Of a stretch of 64,000 bases of DNA, positions 56,425 through 64,000 are shown in pieces. Source of the DNA: Sulfolobales archaeon HS-7 (lineage in GTDB: Archaea; Thermoproteota; Thermoprotei_A; Sulfolobales; Sulfolobaceae). Where the stretch lies: the NCBI GenBank assembly GCA_019704295.1, contig AP024596.1:1888001-1952000 (forward strand). The letters are read 5' to 3'. A program made the position numbers and the translations under genes. How positions within the stretch are numbered: the stretch's first letter is position 1; every line of letters begins with the position of its first letter. Under the pieces are notes generated by a model. That model saw only the letters and a program-made list of their open reading frames with translations. It searched no databases and was not told where the DNA came from.

Positions 56425-57628
56425 ACTTTGTGTAAGATGCAAAGGTCACAAGCTTTTATGCGGATTGCTTACATGTCCTTTAACGGAAAGATTTAGGGCT
56501 ACAATAAATATATCCGCAAGGATTAGAAAGTTTAATAATCAGTTTTCAGTTAATGGTTCAACGCCTCCCAGTGTATTAGTTGGAGAAAAATTCTACCCTA
56601 AAATTAACGTCATGTTGAACGTTCCTCCTGAAGTTTACGGTGATGAGGCAAGGAAATATGAAGATCCTATAGGATGGTGGGGAAAGGCTTCCCTTAACGA
56701 CATTATTCGTTACAGATCCTCGATGCTCTATTTGTCGAACAGAGTCGACGTTAAAGACCCTTGGAAATTATATGAAAAGGAAATATCTCCGTCGGCGATT
56801 TCACATACACCTGTATCAACTGAGGCTAAAATTGAACAGAGTATAATACCGACCCTCCGCTTTGATGGTGTTATCTATCCTCGGGGTCCAACAGTTAAAG
56901 CCAATAACGTGAGGATAACGGACGACCCGAAAATCGACGAGGTCATGGAAAAGGTAATTTTCGATGATATAAAGGCGTCAACTGCTATCAAGGAGTTGTA
57001 TTCTAATGGGACTGCGATTTACAAGATCATTCAAGCTCTCTCACTAGGTTTACTAGGGGAAAGGAAGAATAGGAAATTAGTTCCAACTAGATGGGCAATT
57101 ACAGCAGTAGACACTACAATATCTAAGAGCATCCTTAATTCAATAAGGGAATATCAGGAATATGATAGAATTTCACTATTTTATTCTAAATATTTGGGAA
57201 ATAAATTTTTCGTAATACTATATCCATCAAAATATCAGAGTACTTGGATAGAGATATGGCATCCAATGACGCCCTGGAGCGGAGATTTAGCGATAGTTGA
57301 GCTAAAAGAGGATTATTTTGGAAAATATGAGTATATGGATGGTGGTTATATGGCAGCCCGTCTTTCCATACTAGAACATCTAAATAGCATGAAAAGGCAA
57401 GCAGGAGTTATAATTATAAGGGAGATAACAAGTGATTACTTCGCACCCGTAGGAAACTGGCATATTAGAGAAACTGTAAAAAACTTAAGTAAGATGGGTG
57501 ATTTTGAAAACTTAGAGGATACGCTAAGGTTCGTTAAAAACAGACTTACAGCTAATATAGATTTAATGTCTCTAAGAAGTATCAAAACTGTTCTCGGACA
57601 AAGAAGAATTGACTCTTATTTTTCCTAA
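56405..57628 (+). CDS. nreA: Nre family PCNA-interacting DNA repair protein
   Basis: N-terminal CVRCKG.KLLCG...CP, LVPTRWAITAVD, PVGNWHIRE and a C-terminal PIP box QRRIDSYF. Confidence 0.9.
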   Translation: MRSIPAELCVRCKGHKLLCGLLTCPLTERFRATINISARIRKFNNQFSVNGSTPPSVLVGEKFYPKINVMLNVPPEVYGDEARKYEDPIGWWGKASLNDIIRYRSSMLYLSNRVDVKDPWKLYEKEISPSAISHTPVSTEAKIEQSIIPTLRFDGVIYPRGPTVKANNVRITDDPKIDEVMEKVIFDDIKASTAIKELYSNGTAIYKIIQALSLGLLGERKNRKLVPTRWAITAVDTTISKSILNSIREYQEYDRISLFYSKYLGNKFFVILYPSKYQSTWIEIWHPMTPWSGDLAIVELKEDYFGKYEYMDGGYMAARLSILEHLNSMKRQAGVIIIREITSDYFAPVGNWHIRETVKNLSKMGDFENLEDTLRFVKNRLTANIDLMSLRSIKTVLGQRRIDSYFS

Positions 57629-57637
57629 ATTATGCCT

Positions 57638-57860
57638 GCGAACTGTCCTTACTGACAGGGCTTTCCTCTTCTCCACCTTGCCATAAGAGTTCCATAGACA
57701 CCAAGAGTACACCAGCATGAGCTTCATATGGTATTCCATGCAGAGTCGTTGATTGGAGAGGAGGCGTACAGCACCGACCCTAACTTAGGCGTCTCGATGA
57801 CTCCGTCAGTGACTACTACCGATATAACGTCTGCGAACTGTTTTAGACGATGGACTACTC
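57638..57860 (-). mobile_element. Diverged SMN1-like derivative, copy C (right end plus internal core)
   Basis: Degenerate right end (ctttcc...ccaccttgcca...gagttcca) and the shared core ttggag..g...cctaacttaggcgt...gtgac...gatata...gcgaac. Confidence 0.65.
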
Positions 57861-57925
57861 CATTAGACGTTCTGGGTAAAGTTGTTATCTCTTTTATTTT
57901 GGTTTTGAACACTCGGATACTATCT

Positions 57926-58110
57926 CCTTCCACAGGGAAAACGCGTAGCGCTAGGAATGAGGATAGCAATTCCCTGCAAGGGTTTAGTCGTGAAGAGGTC
58001 CAAGTTGCCCAGGCCTAAGAACGTCAAGGACTACGACGTAGATGTAGATAGGGTTCTGGACTCACTGTTCCCATAGCTGTGTTAGAGACGAAGTACGTAG
58101 CGCCTCACGG
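57926..58110 (-). repeat. Second copy of the decayed transposase-like fragment
   Basis: Collinear with 23085-23266. Confidence 0.75.
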
Positions 58111-58896
58111 TCAATAATGTATTGTAACGATAGTTATTGCCTGGATAACGGAAAATAGATTCGCTATCTGTTCCGAGTAAACGCTTTTAGATAGTAGAGA
58201 ATCGCTGATCGTTGCATGTTCTGGTTTGTTTGACATGATAATTCCGTCCTCAGCGAGGTAACCCGCTAAATCTGACGGTATTTTATAATCTGGCAAATTA
58301 TCTATATAAATTACACGTGATCCTCTAGCTACGTGATATGCATCGTCAAGAAACTCGATCCAGTTTTGAGTATTATCAAATTTCCCTTCAACATATTCCT
58401 TGAACTCCTCAGTCAGTTTATTGTGGGAAAACGCTTTAATATTAAATCCTAAGAGGGCCCCAAAACTGCTTAAACTATCAATAATTTCGTTTTCCCCTAT
58501 TATTGAGATATCCGGTACTGTCCCAAACCTTTCTATCACTACAATTATATCCGCCACGGACCTTGCTAGCCTACAATCCGCTAATTTGATAACCTTTTTA
58601 TCGTTAATTAGCTTCGTGTCCTTATCCAGTGAGATAATCAAGTCTATAGAAGGTAATACAGGCAAGTAGTTTATATCCTCATTCAATGTGCTGTACTTTA
58701 CTCCAAGTTCATCTAAAGAGATCTCAGCGATAGCTTTCAGTAATGACTCTTCTTTTGATTTAAGTATACCCCTTTTTCCTTGTAACTTAGGGAGCTTCGC
58801 CCCAGCTTGTCTTAGATTTTTCAGTGTTCTCGCTGCATTTATTATTTCCTTGATTTCCCATTTAGAAAGACCTAGGGAACAAATGTTTTCAACCAT
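58111..58896 (-). CDS. Ornithine carbamoyltransferase-like protein with degenerate catalytic motifs
   Basis: OTC/ATC layout (LSKWEIKEIIN.A..LK, LQGK, ADI..I.ERFG, SVYSEQIANL). STRT, HPxQ and HCLP are not conserved. Confidence 0.7.
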   Translation of the reverse strand: MVENICSLGLSKWEIKEIINAARTLKNLRQAGAKLPKLQGKRGILKSKEESLLKAIAEISLDELGVKYSTLNEDINYLPVLPSIDLIISLDKDTKLINDKKVIKLADCRLARSVADIIVVIERFGTVPDISIIGENEIIDSLSSFGALLGFNIKAFSHNKLTEEFKEYVEGKFDNTQNWIEFLDDAYHVARGSRVIYIDNLPDYKIPSDLAGYLAEDGIIMSNKPEHATISDSLLSKSVYSEQIANLFSVIQAITIVTIHY

Positions 58897-58931
58897 AAAA
58901 GATAAGGACTTTTCTCAACATATTATTATTA

Positions 58932-59538
58932 ATGAATCAGCTAGAGGTCATTGAGACTTTGATAAAAGAGAGGCAGGGGAACAGGCCTCGGTATGAGAAG
59001 GGTCATGTAATTTTGGCACTTAACGTAATAAGAACTAAGCAACCTATAGGAAGAATAACGATAATGAAAGAAGTTGGGTTATCAGAGGCTTCTGTGAAGA
59101 CCCTGATTAAAAGGATGAAAGAAGTTGGGTTAGTTACCGTAGATAAGGTAGGTGGGGTTTAGTCTAACTAACCTTGGTATTGAGTTCCTTAGAGAATGGA
59201 GTGGCCGGTATGAAATAATTAACGGAGAAATAGGTAGTCTAGGATGGGAAGTCACTGGGCTAAGGATAATAGAAGGGGAGTATATCTTGCAAAAGTTTAC
59301 TCCTGTCGAGCTGAGAGATATGGCGGTAAAATGTGGTGCTGATGCAGCGCTAATCATAGTATACAGAAAAGGGGTAATAGAAATGCCTCCCATGACTGTT
59401 AAGGAGGTGGAACCTATCATAGCCGAAATAAGAAATATATGTACATCATGTAAGGAAAATGACGTATTGATTTTATCAAGTCCGCAGAACCCGCTAATAT
59501 CTTATGAAATATCTATAAAACTTATGAATTTATCTTAA
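58932..59538 (+). pseudogene. wHTH / DUF4443-like protein split by a single-base frameshift
   Basis: The two ORFs (58932-59162 and 59152-59538) join into ...VDKVGG-FSLTNLG... if one G is removed from the GGGG run at ~59154-59157. Confidence 0.7.
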
Positions 59539-59789
59539 TAATTATCTTATACTGATAATTTTTCTTTAAGAGAAATATGCACTTCTCGTAGCCGTCAGGT
59601 AGTACAAGGATACACTTAACTAATGATAATACTCTAACAGGTAGAACAAAACTTGTCTTACTTTCAATGCATATCTAAGGCACATTAATGGATCTACGGT
59701 GACGAACAGGGTCGTCCACCGCTAGCAATAGGGGGTTCGACAGGTACTTAACCTGTTTTACCTAACATTGAACTCGATGCTTACAGTAT

Positions 59790-59906
59790 CTCGCGTTGGA
59801 CTAGTTGGAGTAGAGGCTTATCACAACCACATACTTAGGCGTGTCGGTGGCTGCGTCAGTGACTATGAATTAAGGAGTCAACAAACTGTTTTGGACGATG
59901 GGTTAC
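59790..59906 (-). repeat. Internal core of the SMN1-like family, copy D
   Basis: gactagttggagtagagg...acttaggcgtgtcggtggctgcgtcagtgacta...aactgttttggacgatgg aligns with 57745-57855. Confidence 0.7.
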
Positions 59907-60185
59907 CCTTCTGTCCTCCGTTCCCGTTTTTGAAATTGAAGTTGTCAATAATCTGTACGCAAAAGGAACTCTGAAACTAAGGAAAGGACGTGCTGCTACG
60001 CCTGTCACCTGATAGAGTAATGTGTGTTACCGTCGGAGTGCTACACTACATCAAGAACAATCTCTTTGAATACGCCTTACGTGATCCCCAGAGGCTTTAC
60101 TGTTCTTAAAATATAGGTACAATAGTCTGGAAATAAAATATATAACGAAAGACCCTTATCTTTAACACGAGCAAGTAAAGAAGAC

Positions 60186-61229
60186 ATGATAGGAGTCATA
60201 ATAAACCCTTATGCAGGTACTGGTGGACGATTAGGTCTTAAAGGAAGTGACAGAATAAGAATTAAAAACCCAGAAACTCCTAAAAAAGTTAGAAGATTTC
60301 TAAGCGAACTACATAACGTGCCGATAATTACCGCGAAGGGAAACATGGGTCAGAACTTTCTCGAAGGCAGATACAGTGAGCTTATAGAAGTTGGAGGAGA
60401 AGAAACTTACCCCGACGACACTATTTTCGCGGTAAGGGAGCTAATTAACCGGGGGGTAAAAGCAGTTATTTTCGGTGGAGGAGATGGTACGGCGAGAATT
60501 ATTGCACCAATTACCCGTTCTAAAGTACCAATATTAGGGATACCTTTAGGAGTCAAAATGTATAGTGGCGTATTCGCCCAGACACCTGAAGATGCTGCCA
60601 GAATAGTAAATGGGTTCGTGAAAGGTAACGCCGAACTGGAATTAAGGAGAATAATGGATTTAGATGAATACGAGTACTTTAGGGGCATTTACCACTTGAG
60701 AGATTACGGAGAAGCTCTTACCATAACATATGAAAACCTTGTCCCATACGGAAAAGAAGAGGTATATGACGACGCTAACGCGTTAGCAGATTACATCCTG
60801 AGTATTATGAATGACGACGTATATTACATTATGGGTCCGGGAAACACTGTTAAACTCGTCGAGAGAAAGTTAGGAGTTACAAGTGATTTACTTGCGGTAG
60901 ATGTAATTCAAAACAGGAAACTAGTATTCAAGGACGCAGACTATCTAACCCTATCTGCTCTTACTGGAAAAATAAGACTAATCGTATCTCCAATTGGCGG
61001 TCAGGGCTTCATTTTAGGAAGAGGAAACCAACAAATAGGGCCAAACGTTCTTTCTAAGATCGCTAAGGACGATATAATTATTATAAGTTCCCTAAGCAAG
61101 GCTGTCAAATTACAATGCATTAGAGTTGATACAGGAGATTCGATTTTAGATAGGAAATTTTCGGGGATATATAGGATAATAGTCGGAGAAGGTGAGTACT
61201 TGGCTATATCAACGTGTAGTCATACTTAA
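60186..61229 (+). CDS. ATP-NAD kinase family protein
   Basis: INPYAGTGG..GLKGSD, GGDGTAR, GVKMYSGVFA and GGQGFILGRGNQQ. Confidence 0.9.
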   Translation: MIGVIINPYAGTGGRLGLKGSDRIRIKNPETPKKVRRFLSELHNVPIITAKGNMGQNFLEGRYSELIEVGGEETYPDDTIFAVRELINRGVKAVIFGGGDGTARIIAPITRSKVPILGIPLGVKMYSGVFAQTPEDAARIVNGFVKGNAELELRRIMDLDEYEYFRGIYHLRDYGEALTITYENLVPYGKEEVYDDANALADYILSIMNDDVYYIMGPGNTVKLVERKLGVTSDLLAVDVIQNRKLVFKDADYLTLSALTGKIRLIVSPIGGQGFILGRGNQQIGPNVLSKIAKDDIIIISSLSKAVKLQCIRVDTGDSILDRKFSGIYRIIVGEGEYLAISTCSHT

Positions 61230-61304
61230 GATAAGAATTAATAATGTATAACCAGTTTCTTCCTTCACTTACAGTTTTAACTTAGTCTGAGTTTATGATA
61301 ACTT

Positions 61305-62006
61305 ATGTCCCCCAATGATAAGCGTGAGGAATTTACGGAAGAGTTAAAGAGAGGGGGACCTAGGTCTAGGCTAATGGAAGCTGTCCTTCTACTTCTCCAA
61401 GGTCGACCAATGAAAACCTCTGAAATATCTAGGAATTTAGGATATGAAACAAAATATATTAGTAGTTACCTTAGCTATTGGAAAAGGAAAGGACTAGTGT
61501 ATTTAGAGGGGGGAAGGTGGCATCTATCTCCGCTAGGGGAGGATCTCGCCAAGGATATAGCCGACGCCATGACGAACTCCAGGGCTGACAAATACATAGC
61601 TATGGCAAAGCAAATTGTGGAAGAACATGTTAAAGAGTCAATAAACAACAAAGTAAATATTAAGAAAAACAATAGGAAACAAGAATCTTTGTCGTTCATT
61701 GACTCTTTAACAAGTAAAGAGGACAAAGAACGACAAAAGCAGAACTGTATGGATGAGATATTGGACAAATTAAATGAGGAAGAGAAATCTGTGGTGGAGT
61801 ACTTACTCTCAAAGTACATTGAGTGGGGATCTGCTTACGTGTATAGCGACCAGATACAAGAGGAAATGGGCGCGGATCACGTATGGTTATTTAAGGTTCT
61901 TAGAATGTTGCAGAGTAAAAGGTTAATTTATCTATATCACGACCCTAAGTTGGGATTAAGGGTAGGCTTTTCCACGTCAATAAAAAGGCTACTTGAGTCC
62001 TGCTAG
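61305..62006 (+). CDS. whiP: Replication initiator WhiP (winged-helix initiator protein)
   Basis: GGPRSRL.EA..LLL..RPMKTSEIS..LGYE.KYISSYLSYWK.KGLV...GGRW plus a C-terminal wHTH. The neighbourhood (cdvB2, ubiD, ask-asd, tRNA) fits the Sulfolobus whiP region as I recall it. Confidence 0.85.
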   Translation: MSPNDKREEFTEELKRGGPRSRLMEAVLLLLQGRPMKTSEISRNLGYETKYISSYLSYWKRKGLVYLEGGRWHLSPLGEDLAKDIADAMTNSRADKYIAMAKQIVEEHVKESINNKVNIKKNNRKQESLSFIDSLTSKEDKERQKQNCMDEILDKLNEEEKSVVEYLLSKYIEWGSAYVYSDQIQEEMGADHVWLFKVLRMLQSKRLIYLYHDPKLGLRVGFSTSIKRLLESC

Positions 62007-62309
62007 AAGACACGGTCCGCTTTCTAAAATTGCATGTAATTAACTTTTCGTCTTATTCAAAGGTCTTGGTAGACTGAAGCTACTTGATTATATTACTTAA
62101 ATTGTAATAGAGTCCTAAGAACTCAGGAAAGAGACTTTTACTTTCCGTATAGTACTCTACTTCTTCTATAAGGTGATAAAATCATTAAGACTTGAACACA
62201 TATAAGTTATACAAACCTAATCTAGTATCGTTATTGATATACAGACCTTAGTAGTAGTAGAAATCTATATAATAGTTCTCAGTATGTAATTAGGTTAGGG
62301 GTAATTGTT

Positions 62310-62630
62310 TTGAGCAACAAACCCGTAAAGATGACCGATGAGGAGCTAACAAAGGAGTTATCTAAGACAGAGAAGGAAGCAGAGAAAAAAGATAAAAAGA
62401 AACAGTGGGTTGAAAAAATGATAAAAAGCGCTAAGACTTATTATAAAATATGTCCCTACTACGATAAAAAAAATGGGAAATGCTTCCTATCTCTAGGCGA
62501 TAGGTGTACACGTGATGGAAAATTTGAGACGTGTCCGGTATTTCTCAACTTCCTTGAGAATAAGTATAATGAAATATCAGCTAGGAAAAAGATTTTGCCT
62601 ATGGATTTCACTGATTTAACAGTAGCTTAA
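62310..62630 (+). CDS. Conserved hypothetical protein with a C4 metal-binding motif
   Basis: CPYYD....KCFL....CTRDGKFETCPVF; TTG start. Confidence 0.7.
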   Translation: MSNKPVKMTDEELTKELSKTEKEAEKKDKKKQWVEKMIKSAKTYYKICPYYDKKNGKCFLSLGDRCTRDGKFETCPVFLNFLENKYNEISARKKILPMDFTDLTVA

Positions 62631-62758
62631 CGTAATTTATCGTTCAACTATTACTGAGAGCTCATTAGTATGTCGCACGTGGTTTGTCCCTCATAAGCGT
62701 ATAGGAAAGCCCGAATAGATAAGAGATATTTAGATTGCTAATGTGAGTATTTATGGGA

Positions 62759-62837
<79 letters not shown>

Positions 62838-62959
62838 CTTCTATTAAAATGAAGGGGAGTTACGTTCTCCTCATAGAGGCATGAATAAAACATAAAGCCT
62901 TATTTTTGGAAAGCTGTTACTTAATCATGAAAGAGGGTACTGCTGCACTAATTTACGTA

Positions 62960-63070
62960 ACAAAGTTTGGCGGGAACAAGGGAGGAGAATCCTGGAGGAG
63001 AAACTTGGACTGACGCAGGCAATAAAGCAATTGGGAGTAGGTAGGACTACTTTATACAGGACATGTGAAC
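62960..63070 (+). pseudogene. Remnant of an HTH like the N-terminus of crenarchaeal plasmid integrases
   Basis: Frameshifted fragment RRILEEKLGLTQAIKQLGVGRTTLYR about 130 bp downstream of the tRNA. Confidence 0.5.
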
Positions 63071-63656
63071 GTCTCGAAAGCCCTGTTCGGACTTAATTAC
63101 CCTGGAACTACTCTTTCACTCCTCTTTTGCCGTACTCCTTAATGGTAGCTATTATTAGCAGTTGAATTTCCCTCGGTTGACCGGGGAGTTAATAATAATA
63201 TCCATTTATATTGGTCGATTTATCGTTCTTTTGCGAACTGTAATTAATTTATGGGAAAGATAGATGAAATACAGTAAATTGCTGAGCGTAATTCCCCGCC
63301 CAGTGATTGTAGTAATATTGAATTTAAATTCGTTATAGTTATTAAAATAAACTGAATTCGTAATGGAGACGTGAATTACACCTATACGTGTAAAAACTAG
63401 GTTACGCACCTTCTTCTGAGATAAAAATCGATCCTTTCCCTACTTTAATGGAAATTTGACTAATTTCTACTCTTGTGAACGAGATTTTCTCGTGTTTTCG
63501 AAATTGTCTCATTTTTAGTAGAATTGGCGAAACACGACTGCTAAATCGGCTTTCTCAATAAAACTCGTTTTTACTTCTCTAAGTAGTAAATACTGACAGA
63601 GGGCATAGAAGTACATTAATAGTTTCAAGAAAAGCGATATCTTTAGTTTTTCCCTT

Positions 63657-64000
63657 CTACAAAATAGCCTTATCTTTTCTAGCTAATTTCACTATGATAT
63701 CTTTAACTGCTTGGTAACCCAATATCGATTTTATGTCTTTAGTTCGTTTAATCTCAGTATATTTTTTCTCGGCATAAACTACTTCTACTACTTTAAAGAG
63801 CTTATACACGGCATTTACAGCCTTATTATAAATATCTAGTTTTTTCTTAAATTGTTCTTCTGATTCGCTAGGTTCTTTCTTAGGACGAACCATTATTTTC
63901 TGTAATACAGGGAGTACCGTTTTTTCAATTAACGGATCATTAACTCCAGTTTCTTTAAGTAACTTCTTAAGATAGTCAGGCTTACGAAGAGCCTCTGCAA
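63657..64000 (-). CDS. Hypothetical Lys-rich protein, C-terminal part (gene begins beyond the window)
   Basis: The frame stays open from 63893 to the window edge (AEALRKPDYLKKLLKETGVNDPLIEKTVLPVLQKI-MVRPKK...). Confidence 0.65.
   Translation of the reverse strand, partial: AEALRKPDYLKKLLKETGVNDPLIEKTVLPVLQKIMVRPKKEPSESEEQFKKKLDIYNKAVNAVYKLFKVVEVVYAEKKYTEIKRTKDIKSILGYQAVKDIIVKLARKDKAIL

Noticed and set aside
57724-58018. ORFs 57724-57969 and 57728-58018
   Set aside because: They span the junction of two different mobile-element remnants and are probably chance frames.
59768-59974. 68-aa ORF
   Set aside because: It coincides with the repeat core (copy D) and is not treated as a gene.

Overview
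Low-GC chromosomal window from a Sulfolobales crenarchaeon, judged from Sul7d, a CdvB1/B2-type ESCRT-III, WhiP, NreA and the trpBADFEGC gene order. Most genes are housekeeping: glnA, phi, AlaX, trpS, trm1, dph5, ribL, moaA, folE, valS, aspC, the trp operon, ino1, ppsA, ubiD, ask-asd and whiP (so oriC3 is probably nearby). It also carries tRNA-Gly(GCC), tRNA-Arg(CCG) and a box C/D sRNA. The intergenic gaps are full of mobile-element traces: one intact tnpB-only IS200/IS605 element, several SMN1-like non-autonomous derivatives that keep the tnpB right end (omega-RNA scaffold), a 160-bp MITE in two copies, and decayed transposase, tnpB and integrase fragments. Best candidates for something new: (1) a Trp-ending micro-ORF (MMHQW*) overlapping the trpB start codon; (2) dispersed omega-RNA-retaining mini-elements whose guide segments are antisense to host gene 3' ends, with an intact TnpB available in trans; (3) an 11-aa acidic peptide gene with a strong Shine-Dalgarno (SD) site next to a tandem Lrp/AsnC (NirDL/AhbAB-like) protein. 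All calls come from reading the sequence and recalling families; no searches were run.
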